Part shown: piece after piece, positions 1 to 9,011 of the stretch
Layout: every line of letters starts with the position of its first letter
Position numbering within the stretch: the first letter of the stretch is position 1
Source: an uncultured delta proteobacterium
GTDB lineage: Bacteria; Desulfobacterota; Desulfobacteria; Desulfobacterales; UBA11574
Length of the DNA stretch: 64,000 nucleotides
Assembly: GCA_963752565.1 (NCBI GenBank)
Contig: CAVVZC010000001.1
Span: 44,099 to 108,098, forward strand
Reading direction: 5' to 3'
Notes under the pieces: model-generated
Told to the model about the DNA's origin: nothing
The model's database searches: none
Seen by the model: only the letters and a program-made list of their open reading frames with translations
Program-made: the position numbers and the translations under genes

Positions 1-74
1 GTGTCGTTTAAATATATATCTCCCTTGCACTTCGGGCAGGCAAGAATATCAAGGAGCTCTTTACTTAATGCCAT
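1..74 (-). CDS. Trm112/YcaR-family (UPF0434) small zinc-ribbon protein, 5' part only (continues past window start)
   Basis: Not in the ORF track because it is truncated. Minus-strand ATG at 74-72 lies 5 nt after AGGAGG (85-80). Translation MALSKELLDILACPKCKGDIYLND has the CPxC opening typical of this family, which often sits near lpxK/kdsB. Confidence 0.55.
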   Translation of the reverse strand, partial: MALSKELLDILACPKCKGDIYLND

Positions 75-349
75 CATTTCCTCCTTCGCTGTCACTTGTA
101 TTGATCATAAACCTTTAGTACCTTAATTGTGAATTTTATGCATTTTATGGCAAAAAAACAAAACACAAGCGCCAAATTTCAATGACCAAAACTAAATTTT
201 GTATATTTAATAGCTTATCTTTGTTTTGAATTTTTCTTTTTGGTCATTGGATATTATTTGTTTTTTGTGATTTGTGATTTGTTTTTTCTCTCCGAGCCAT
301 AGAATCAACGAGCCAGAGGCCGGTTTATCCGGGTTAGGTTTTCAAACAT

Positions 350-1300
350 TCAACCTGTTGTCAAAATCTCGTCGAAATAAGCAATTGTTCTTTTTAGTCC
401 CTCTTCAAGTTCAACTTCGGGCTCCCATTCAAGAATCTTACGGGCCTGTGTAATGTCAGGCCGTCGCTGCATTGGATCATCGGCCGGAAGCTTCATGAAA
501 ACTATTTCAGACTTTGAATTGCTCCATTCAATAACCTTTTCCGCCAGTTCCAGTATCGTAAATTCACCGGGCTTTCCCAGGTTTATTGGACCTGTCACGT
601 CATCATTGGTGTTCATTAATCTTACCAACCCTTCTATAAGATCGTCCACATAACAAAAAGACCTTGTCTGAGTTCCGTCGCCAAAAATGGTTAGCGGTGT
701 TCCGCGAAGTGCCTGTACGATGAAGTTGGAGACGACCCGGCCGTCATTGAGATGCATTCTGGGACCGTAAGTGTTGAAAATTCGCGCCACCTTTATTTTA
801 AGTTTGTGCTGGCGAAAATAATCAAAAAAGAGTGTCTCAGCACAGCGTTTTCCTTCATCATAGCAAGAACGGGGACCGATACAGTTTACGTTTCCGTGAT
901 AAGTTTCGGGCTGGGGATGGACTGTGGGATCACCATACACCTCTGAGGTAGATGCTTGAAGGATCTTGGCTTTTATCCGTTTGGCCAGTCCCAGCATATT
1001 GATGGAACCATGCACATTGACCTTCGTGGTCTGAACTGGATCGTTCTGGTAATGAATCGGGGATGCCGGGCAGGCTAAATTGTAGATCTCATCCACCTCA
1101 AGATACAACGGAAAAGTAATATCATGCCGACACAATTCGAAATAGGGATTACTCAAAAGATTCTCGATGTTTCTTTTACTTCCGGTGTAGAAGTTGTCCA
1201 CACACAGGACATCGCAACCCTCATTTAGCAGTCGTTCACATAAGTGTGAGCCGAGAAATCCGGCGCCACCCGTAACCAGGACCCGTTTGCGCAAATGCAT
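350..1300 (-). CDS. UDP-glucuronate decarboxylase (UXS-type SDR epimerase/dehydratase)
   Basis: 316 aa. Has [19 protein letters not shown] (Rossmann GxxGxxG), [21 protein letters not shown] (YxxxK) and [10 protein letters not shown]...DGRVVSNFI, all characteristic of UXS enzymes. Confidence 0.85.
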   Translation of the reverse strand: MHLRKRVLVTGGAGFLGSHLCERLLNEGCDVLCVDNFYTGSKRNIENLLSNPYFELCRHDITFPLYLEVDEIYNLACPASPIHYQNDPVQTTKVNVHGSINMLGLAKRIKAKILQASTSEVYGDPTVHPQPETYHGNVNCIGPRSCYDEGKRCAETLFFDYFRQHKLKIKVARIFNTYGPRMHLNDGRVVSNFIVQALRGTPLTIFGDGTQTRSFCYVDDLIEGLVRLMNTNDDVTGPINLGKPGEFTILELAEKVIEWSNSKSEIVFMKLPADDPMQRRPDITQARKILEWEPEVELEEGLKRTIAYFDEILTTG

Positions 1301-1931
1301 ATTTACCTCTTTTGACGATTTGTTTTATACATTTGGGGTTTTTAAAGATCGCTCATTTTTTACAACGCATCGTGAGGCTCAAATTTTAACCCATTTCACA
1401 CGAACTAAACTTGATGATTTCAAAAAAATCCAACTTATGCGTTGCGGATTAATTGCGAAAGATTATTGGGATATTCGCTTATTATTTTGTGATTGTCAAC
1501 CATATCGGATGTTTCATGGCTAATTAGCGGTGCTATTCAAAAATCTTCGATATAGATCCGGCAACCGGACAACCATCTTATCCCAAACATATAAATTAAT
1601 GTTAATGACCTTGTTCGTAATTTGTAAATAAATTTTTCCCTACATCAGTGTCTTTATATATAAACGAATAATTTGGTATGCCGGCTCTGTAAGAACATAA
1701 GAATCGGCATCTATTTTATATATCATCAAAATGTATGGACAGAATGTGTTTAAAACTGTAAAAGAGAATCATTAATAATAGCCATAACTGTTTTTCGACC
1801 GATACTGTATATCACGAATAAAACCTTGAAAAAACACTTTTTATTTATAAAGAATTGAAATTGATTGAGCAAAACACAAGAGAACACATTTCCAAAATCT
1901 TAAACCTAACAACATAATAATCAGCACTGCT

Positions 1932-2240
1932 GTGAGGCTCGGCCTTGTTGGGCTTGGATTATACTTCTATATAATATTTGTGTTTGTCAGGATGTCTTGG
2001 ATTGTTGTTAAACATGGAAAAGATGATTTTATCAAAAGTTGGGGACTTTGTGTCACAGCGGCCTTTGTCGCCTGGTTCATTAAAGGAATGCTCGAACCGG
2101 CGCTGAGCCACGTCCCGGCAATTATCAACTATACCATATTCGCCATGATGACCATTTTGTGGAAACTCAATTCAGAGGCTGATTTCCAAATAGTGAAAGA
2201 TCAACAACACACATTAATGATACCGAATGCAAAAAGATAG
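1932..2240 (+). pseudogene. Probable C-terminal remnant of an O-antigen ligase/polymerase-type membrane protein
   Basis: The 102-aa ORF is only a hydrophobic tail (LGLVGLGLYFYIIFVFV..., AAFVAWFIKGMLEP). It is preceded by about 600 nt of AT-rich non-coding DNA, and the frame opens only at 1869 with no membrane domain upstream. Confidence 0.35.
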
Positions 2241-2328
2241 TTGTAATAATCGACAAGGATTCTTGATCTGATATTTAAAGCCGCACAGGATTTATTTTGA
2301 GTGGCGTAAATTTAAGGGGTAAATTTCC

Positions 2329-3039
2329 ATGAATATAAGAAGATATAATAGTACATATTTTAAACACAAACTGTATGATTCATCTATCCGGAAAGCCATT
2401 ATATCATCCATAGATCACAACCGAATACAAAAGAAATATCCCCATCTTCAAACTACTTATGAAACAAAGAAAGATGAATATAAACATAAAATATTGCCGA
2501 CTTATGAAGAATATATATCGAAAATATCTAGCGAAATTATGGCAATTTCATTAGAGCTGTCAGTCTTTTGCATTTTGATGTGCGACATGATGAGGCCCAA
2601 AAATATAGTGGATTTTGGTTCAGGGTATAGCTCTTATATTTTTCGATCCCTAACCTCAATTATAGATGAGAATTATCAGCCCACCATATGGTCTGTAGAT
2701 GATTCTACAGAATGGATAAATAAAACGAAAACATTTCTAGGTTCACACAATATTCCTTCTGATAATGTCATAACTTGGGATGCCTTTATTCAGCAAAATT
2801 TAGGCCCTTTTGATTTTATATTATACGATCTTGGTGGATTCGAATTCAGAAAAGAAAATTTAAAACAAATAATCAAATTATGTGATAAAAATGGAATGAT
2901 AATTTTTGACGATATGCATTCTGCAGAATATGGCCGTTATCTTAACGAAATTTTAAAAAAGAGCAATTGTACATGCTTTGACATTCGCTACTACTCGAAA
3001 GACAAATTTGGAAGATATTCTAAATTAGCTGTGTTCTAA
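2329..3039 (+). CDS. Class I SAM-dependent methyltransferase-like protein
   Basis: 236 aa with IVDFGSGYSSYIFRS (motif I-like), FDFILYDLGG and GMIIFDDMH. Very AT-rich gene. Confidence 0.5.
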   Translation: MNIRRYNSTYFKHKLYDSSIRKAIISSIDHNRIQKKYPHLQTTYETKKDEYKHKILPTYEEYISKISSEIMAISLELSVFCILMCDMMRPKNIVDFGSGYSSYIFRSLTSIIDENYQPTIWSVDDSTEWINKTKTFLGSHNIPSDNVITWDAFIQQNLGPFDFILYDLGGFEFRKENLKQIIKLCDKNGMIIFDDMHSAEYGRYLNEILKKSNCTCFDIRYYSKDKFGRYSKLAVF

Positions 3040-3041
3040 GC

Positions 3042-3427
3042 ATGCAAGATCAAAACAACATATCCACAATGGAGATCACAACTGTAATTGGGTGCAAAAT
3101 CAACTGTACGCATTGTCCTCAGAATAAGTTAATGAGAACCTATTCAAAAAGAAGCAACAATTGATAAAGAAACGTATTTCAAGGACAAAATTGTTGTCTC
3201 GTGCAAGAAATATAGAAGGAAAAGTGTACCCTCCTATTCCCCCAATATCAAAGGGCCCTATCCGTTGCCGATCAGCCGGCAACCTACTTAACCATAACGT
3301 TTTACTCCCAAACCGAGATGTAATTATATGTTGCATGGATTATGGAATGCAACACATTATAAGGAATCTAATTTTATCGAATGGCTATGCTGCGGATGTA
3401 AATTTTCTTCTTACTAAGTCTTTATAA
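3042..3427 (+). pseudogene. Radical SAM gene remnant (N-terminal CX3CX2C piece plus frameshifted C-terminal piece)
   Basis: ATG at 3042, 2 nt after the previous stop, gives MQDQNNISTMEITTVIGCKINCTHCPQNKLMRTYSKRSNN then TGA at 3162-3164. Another frame (track ORF 3161..3427) carries ...LLPNRDVIICCMDYGMQHIIRNL... The total is about 128 codons, against the 250 or more expected. Confidence 0.5.
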
Positions 3428-4154
3428 TCACACAAATCATTGACCAAAAATGTAAACACAGAATGTTTCCTTGGAAGTGATCAAGCTTCTTAATTTTTTC
3501 TAAAAAAAAATCATCCATATCTTTTCTAACATTATCAAAATTTATGGAAGGATCATTATACTTCATCCCCGGCCAATTCTCGATAACGTTAAGGTTTGTT
3601 TGTAACTTTCTGTAAGAAGCCTTCAAGTCCTCGATAATGTAAATCCCGCCTGATTTCAACCTGTTGTTAAAGAGATACTCAAAGGATTTTACCGTCAAAC
3701 TATTAACATGACTTCCATCATCAATGATTATGTCAAATTTTGTTTCTTTTCCGAAACAGGTTTGTAAAAAACTTATGTTATCTTGGCTTCCAATTTCTAT
3801 TAGGATCCTTTTTTCTTCAGACGCCTTGCTGCTTGGATCAATGTCAATGCCATAAATTTCTCCATGCTTGAAATAAGATTTCCAGGTTCTAAGGGAGTCG
3901 CCACTTCTGACCCCGATTTCCAGAATTGAAATGTTTTTATTTCGATATTCTTGGAAATATTTTTCATAAATATCTAAATAAGACAGATTATTAAATGTAT
4001 GATTCTGGTCAGCTTTATCTGTCCCGTATATTTTGCCTATCTCTGACAGCTTTGGATCGCTTACCATACTCAAGAATACATCCTTGCTTTTCCTCTTCCA
4101 GATGCTTCGTTTAACATTGATTCTCTGAAATATTTTTTTCAGTTGATTCTTCAT
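3414..4154 (-). CDS. Class I SAM-dependent methyltransferase (TylF/MycF-like sugar O-methyltransferase type)
   Basis: 246 aa with GTDKADQNHTF...YLDIYEKYF...ILEIGVRSGDSLRTWKSYF..GEIYGIDIDP and IIIDDGSH. Confidence 0.65.
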   Translation of the reverse strand: MKNQLKKIFQRINVKRSIWKRKSKDVFLSMVSDPKLSEIGKIYGTDKADQNHTFNNLSYLDIYEKYFQEYRNKNISILEIGVRSGDSLRTWKSYFKHGEIYGIDIDPSSKASEEKRILIEIGSQDNISFLQTCFGKETKFDIIIDDGSHVNSLTVKSFEYLFNNRLKSGGIYIIEDLKASYRKLQTNLNVIENWPGMKYNDPSINFDNVRKDMDDFFLEKIKKLDHFQGNILCLHFWSMICVIIKT

Positions 4155-4210
4155 TTACTATAACCTTTTCTGGTGTAGGAGGAATGGGTAGTTTTATAAA
4201 AATTGAATAT

Positions 4211-4978
4211 TTAGACTCTGAGTCTGTTTGTCTTCGAGGTCAGTAATGGCCACTGGTTTATTCTTGAAGAAGAAAAAAAGTCATTAAGGCATTGTTTTAT
4301 CTTGATAGGGATTTCGTCCAATGTTGTTGGGCTCTTAAGAAATTTGATACCTTCCAGTAGTTTTAATTCTTCTATACCCCACCATTGAGATAAAGGTTTT
4401 ATATGGCTTTCAGGTTGATCCAAAAAGTCTTCAAAAATTAATATTTTGTATAATTCCGGTGATATTTGAGATAACTGCGCGTTTATAAAAATAAGATTAT
4501 CTTCAACGATTTGAGCTTGTAAGTATGGATGCTTTACAAATCCACGTCTTATACCGCTATATGCAGTTGATATTGGATCTCTATACAAAACAAGTAATCT
4601 CACCTCACAAAAATCTTTCAAAATGTCAACAAGTTCTAAAATGTCAAATCTGCGCAAAGAGTTTCTTGGTTGATTGTAAGGAAATGAGGCTGTATCTAAC
4701 AAATGTGTGTATTGACTCTTACCATATTTTTTTATGGACTTCTCAATAGCCTTTTTACCCTTAATCCTTTGCTTTAAAGAGGCGTCTGGATCCCAAAAAT
4801 TCATCATTTGTGAGTGCCATTCACCTTGATCGACAAAATATGGTTGGTCAATTATTGATTTTAGCACACTTCTGATCATTGAATGGCCAGTTCCTTCAAC
4901 GCCAACAAGAAATAAAAATTTGGTTTTAGATGAGCTTTTTGTTAAATCTGTTTGTTTTTTTTTAAAGAATTTCATCAT
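4211..4978 (-). CDS. Sulfotransferase-family protein (putative)
   Basis: LFLVGVEGTGHSMIRSVL resembles the 5'-PSB loop and LLVLYRDPISTAYSGIRRG resembles the 3'-PB motif (RDPxxxxxS). The track start at 5023 is a TTG with no RBS. ATG at 4978 (MMKFFKKK...) is preferred. Confidence 0.5.
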   Translation of the reverse strand: MMKFFKKKQTDLTKSSSKTKFLFLVGVEGTGHSMIRSVLKSIIDQPYFVDQGEWHSQMMNFWDPDASLKQRIKGKKAIEKSIKKYGKSQYTHLLDTASFPYNQPRNSLRRFDILELVDILKDFCEVRLLVLYRDPISTAYSGIRRGFVKHPYLQAQIVEDNLIFINAQLSQISPELYKILIFEDFLDQPESHIKPLSQWWGIEELKLLEGIKFLKSPTTLDEIPIKIKQCLNDFFSSSRINQWPLLTSKTNRLRV

Positions 4979-5164
4979 ATTTTCTTCAACCTTCTGAGAA
5001 ATAGAATTATATAAAGCTGACAATGAAAAATATTTTTAACAGATCTGTAATAATCCTTTTTTAAAAAATCGGTAAAGCTGGCGGAGTATCTCTTATAGCA
5101 CGGAAAGGATACCTGAAATACGGAGCGGTTTTTGGTATTGATATTGATTATAACTGAAAAGATT

Positions 5165-6109
5165 CTATTTATCTCTAACTCCATCATAAGGATCTTCTTC
5201 ACCAATCTGACCCTTTATCAATCGTCGAACGAATCTTTCCAAACCTCCAAAAATTTTCTTCCATAACATCTTAAATCGTTTCTCTGTTTTGGGATCCTTT
5301 GGTAAATAAGACGGTCCTGTTCCAACAATCCGTGATGAAAAGTAAGCCTGGTCTTTCGGCAATATGGAGCGCCTGTGAACCCAGACTGCCCGGCCGGGAG
5401 ACATTGGTGAATCATCAAGGGGAAAACAACTGCAATATATAACTCCATCCGCCATTAACACACTTCCAAGCTCCCTGTAGAATAGAAGCGAAATAATCGC
5501 CTGATCATGGCGATGCATCCTTTTTGTCGCTTCAATGAACTCTTCTTTTAAGGCTACAGAGAGGGCTTCTTTTAAAATTTGAAGAATTTTTCCTTCTTTC
5601 TTAAATCCTATAAAGCCCCCAGCCAGAGTTATTTTTCCATCCCGAAATCCTGCATCCACACCACAGCCTTTACAGGTCAATTCTGATGCATTTTCAACAA
5701 GCGGATGATACGTGGGAACTACAAAATAACCGAAATTTTCTATCGCATGGAACACCTCATCAAGGGGCTTAAGAACCACAAGCCCAGCATCCAGCCACAA
5801 GATTTTAGATGCCGGGGCATCATTCCAGCACCAGATCTTCCAGGCAAAATGTTTTTGCCAATGTGGACAAAATTCCGGAACTTTTACCACTTCGATATTG
5901 TGAGTATCGAGTACACGTAATGTCTCGTCACCCAAACCGATGTCATAGACCCGCACACGTGGATGACCCGGCCAGTTTAGATTAAGGGAACCCAGTAATG
6001 ATAGCAACGATGGGCCGAAGGTACTGGACGCTGCAGTGATAATCATTCTATCTTTAATTGCTGCGTCCGTTTCGTCTGTGTGTTTAAAGTTTCTTTTCGG
6101 CATTATCAA
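5165..6109 (-). CDS. Hypothetical protein, possibly a GT-A-fold nucleotide-sugar transferase
   Basis: 314 aa. ILWLDAGLVVLKPLDEVF resembles a DxD-region segment of GT8-like enzymes. The start overlaps the upstream stop by 4 nt, suggesting translational coupling. Confidence 0.4.
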   Translation of the reverse strand: MIMPKRNFKHTDETDAAIKDRMIITAASSTFGPSLLSLLGSLNLNWPGHPRVRVYDIGLGDETLRVLDTHNIEVVKVPEFCPHWQKHFAWKIWCWNDAPASKILWLDAGLVVLKPLDEVFHAIENFGYFVVPTYHPLVENASELTCKGCGVDAGFRDGKITLAGGFIGFKKEGKILQILKEALSVALKEEFIEATKRMHRHDQAIISLLFYRELGSVLMADGVIYCSCFPLDDSPMSPGRAVWVHRRSILPKDQAYFSSRIVGTGPSYLPKDPKTEKRFKMLWKKIFGGLERFVRRLIKGQIGEEDPYDGVRDK

Positions 6110-6909
6110 TTCTTTTTAATCAAGCCATTTTCACAATAAAAAGGAATGCTCTTTCTTTTGAAATAATTGATGTTTGGTCCTTCCCTCCAGTGTTTGTTTC
6201 CTATCTCCTTGGGATGCCAGATATGCAAAACCTTGGTATGAGGGATAGCCGATCTGCAGTATATACCGGCTTTCACCAGCCTAATGCCTAAATCCTCATC
6301 TTCTCCACCCCATCCCACAAAATTCTCATCATAACCATTCACACGTTCAATATCTTTTCGATGGATAGAAAAATGGCCTCCCAAGCTCTGTTTTCTGACG
6401 CTTGCCAATCCTAATCTTATTAGAATAGTACGTTTAATGTATTTGTTGTGTTCTTTTCTAATTTCTTTCTCGGGTAACTGTTGATAGAGTTTTTCAATCA
6501 ACGGTCGGGAGATGGTTGAATTTAAAATTTTTGTAGACTTATCTTCAGGTAGGTATTTGCATGACCCCGCGACAAATCTATCACGTTTGGAAGCTTTTAA
6601 ATGGTTTTTGACGGTATTGGGTAATACTAAAAAATCACAATCAAAAAAAATCAAATAATCACCCTTGGCATGTCGAATCCCATTGTTACGTGCTGCTGAG
6701 GCCCTAAACCCCTTCTTAGATTGCCACACATGTTTTATGGGAAAATCGTATCTGGAAAAGATATTTTTAATATTATTGATGGTGAATTCACTTGAACCGT
6801 CGTCTGTAATAATGACTTCATCAAAGTCTTTAGCGCAAAATTGAAGTGAATCCAAACAACACTTTAAATGTTCTAATCGTTCATAGAAACAGATGATTAA
6901 ACTAATCAT
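6106..6909 (-). CDS. Glycosyltransferase family 2
   Basis: MISLIICFYERLEHL..., VIITDDGS, IFFDCDF, and NGYDENFVGWGGEDEDLGIRL (a galactosyltransferase-type C-terminal motif). Confidence 0.75.
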   Translation of the reverse strand: MISLIICFYERLEHLKCCLDSLQFCAKDFDEVIITDDGSSEFTINNIKNIFSRYDFPIKHVWQSKKGFRASAARNNGIRHAKGDYLIFFDCDFLVLPNTVKNHLKASKRDRFVAGSCKYLPEDKSTKILNSTISRPLIEKLYQQLPEKEIRKEHNKYIKRTILIRLGLASVRKQSLGGHFSIHRKDIERVNGYDENFVGWGGEDEDLGIRLVKAGIYCRSAIPHTKVLHIWHPKEIGNKHWREGPNINYFKRKSIPFYCENGLIKKN

Positions 6910-6929
6910 AATAAAGCACTATAGCGCAT

Positions 6930-7895
6930 TTAAAAATTTAATTTATTTATCTTTTTCTTTAGCTTAAATTGAAGGTGATATAATGATGCCTTCATACTTC
7001 TTTTATATCTCGGAATCGTGACAGATACTTTTTCAGCCGATGGATCCCAATGAGAATGGATTAATTTTGATAAATACGGAAAAAGTTGATAGCGATACAA
7101 CACTAACTTTCTAGCTTCTTCTAAATATGGAATCCGCTTGTCCCAGTTGTCTTCAGAAATAATACGCTTTATCTTTTCAAGGCTTTGATCGGGTTGATCG
7201 ATGTCAATACTTATAAAAGATTCTTCAGGGAAATAATCCTTTATATTTGTACAACCATAATATATCGGTACGCTCCAGGCCAAAAAACAATCCGCCAGTT
7301 TTTCCGTCCAACAATTCGGTCCGCTGTTATTTTCTATGGCCAGCGAATACCTGTAAGGCGAAAGCCCATCCCATTTGTTCTCTATATATTTTATAGCTTT
7401 TCCGTATAAATCGATATCTAATTCCCCATCTTTTTGAATGAAATTTAAAAATGACCATCTTTTGATATGGCCGGGCAGGTCCATCGCATCACCCACAATC
7501 CATGATAAATTTTTTGTTTTCTTTGGTGTGGATACGGAAATCAACTGATCAAACGTCTTATTCACATGCCAGGGGATAGCAGGATGGGAAGAAATATATT
7601 TTTCGGAATCAGATGGCAAATGGTGGGTCAATACTTTTGCAAAACATTCATGTTTTTCAACCATCCAATCCGTAAAGCCCCTTTCATAAGGCTCTTGCAT
7701 GATCGCCCATATGTTGTTTTTGGGACATTTGACATGGGTATCGGTTCGCATGCAATTATTGAGCATGATAAGAAAATCACACGCTTCAATGGGATCAAAC
7801 GTAAATTCTATCCCGTCCCATACCCCCTTTTGACCTGGAGTTTGGCGCATAAGATCCGGCCAGTCCCAATTTTTAACAACCCTCACTTTGGTCAC
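6930..7895 (-). CDS. Glycosyltransferase family 10-like (alpha-1,3/4-fucosyltransferase type)
   Basis: YRYSLAIENNSGPNCWTEKLADCFLAWSVPIYYG matches the GT10 Y(K/R)FxLAFENS...(Y)VTEK motif as I recall it. Confidence 0.55.
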   Translation of the reverse strand: MTKVRVVKNWDWPDLMRQTPGQKGVWDGIEFTFDPIEACDFLIMLNNCMRTDTHVKCPKNNIWAIMQEPYERGFTDWMVEKHECFAKVLTHHLPSDSEKYISSHPAIPWHVNKTFDQLISVSTPKKTKNLSWIVGDAMDLPGHIKRWSFLNFIQKDGELDIDLYGKAIKYIENKWDGLSPYRYSLAIENNSGPNCWTEKLADCFLAWSVPIYYGCTNIKDYFPEESFISIDIDQPDQSLEKIKRIISEDNWDKRIPYLEEARKLVLYRYQLFPYLSKLIHSHWDPSAEKVSVTIPRYKRSMKASLYHLQFKLKKKINKLNF

Positions 7896-7902
7896 AGACC
7901 TT

Positions 7903-8985
7903 TCACCTCAGTACCCCATCCGCTTTATTTTTAACTACAGTTTTTACTTCTTTTAATGTCAACTCTTCCAGACAACGACTGAACTCACTGTCTTGACACC
8001 CTTTGTCTTTACAAGGTACACAAGGAAGGGCTTTATACACTACATAATGATGTTTACCTCTTGGCGCCCAATCAGAAACCGAAGATGGCCCAAAAATGCT
8101 CACAGTGGGGATGCCAACCGCCGCGGAGATATGAACACCGGCACTGTCTACTCCAATAAATAATTTGCAGGCTTTAAAAACAGCGGCTAATGTTCCTATG
8201 GAAGTTTCTCCTGCCAAATTATATGCTTCCTGCTGACATTTTTCAATAATCTCATCGGCACGCTTTCTTTCATCGAGAGAACCGGTGATAATTATGGAAA
8301 CGTTATATTCCGATATAAGCCATTTAATCAATTGAATATACTTATCCACTCCCCATTCTTTGTATTTCCATAGAGAAAACGGCTGAATGGCAACGATAAC
8401 TCGATGAGGCGAAACACCTTTATTCTTTAAAAGAGCCCTGGCTTTTTGGAGTTTGTCCGGAGAAACGTGATGTTCAGGCCATGTATGATCTGTTCTTATA
8501 TTATAAGCTTCCAAAAGACTAAGGTAATGTTGGCTCATATGTTGTCCGGATTCAGGCTGAGGAAGCATTAGATGAGTAAAGACTCTGTTGCGCCAAAGTT
8601 TTCCATCAATGGCATAAAAACTTATTTTTTGTCTCGCCCCGGATAGAAAAGCAAGAATGGCTCCCCGATCTCCAGGTTTTACATCAATTGTTAAGTCAAA
8701 ACGAAATTTGCGTATGCGCGAAATAAACTTTTTTTGATACTTTAATTCCTCCATCCAGGTTCTTTTTTCTTCATTGATAGAAATTACGTCGGCAGCCCAT
8801 GGAGAATCTTCGATTAATTCCTTTGCCTTTTCTCTTACGGCAACAATTATGTTTGCCTCAGGAAAATTTTCTTTCAATGCCCTGATAGAAGGAAAAGAAA
8901 GAACCACATCTCCGATATCACCCAGCTGTATCAGTAAAATATTTCTTATATTTCTTCGTGATATTTTGTTTCCCTTAACCAGCAT
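7903..8985 (-). CDS. Glycosyltransferase family 9 (heptosyltransferase-like)
   Basis: ILLIQLGDIGDVVLSFPSIRALKENFP and FIGVDSAGVHISAAVGIPTVSIFGPS are typical GT9 signatures. Confidence 0.75.
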   Translation of the reverse strand: MLVKGNKISRRNIRNILLIQLGDIGDVVLSFPSIRALKENFPEANIIVAVREKAKELIEDSPWAADVISINEEKRTWMEELKYQKKFISRIRKFRFDLTIDVKPGDRGAILAFLSGARQKISFYAIDGKLWRNRVFTHLMLPQPESGQHMSQHYLSLLEAYNIRTDHTWPEHHVSPDKLQKARALLKNKGVSPHRVIVAIQPFSLWKYKEWGVDKYIQLIKWLISEYNVSIIITGSLDERKRADEIIEKCQQEAYNLAGETSIGTLAAVFKACKLFIGVDSAGVHISAAVGIPTVSIFGPSSVSDWAPRGKHHYVVYKALPCVPCKDKGCQDSEFSRCLEELTLKEVKTVVKNKADGVLR

Positions 8986-9011
8986 AAATCAATGAATAAA
9001 AGCCAAATGAT

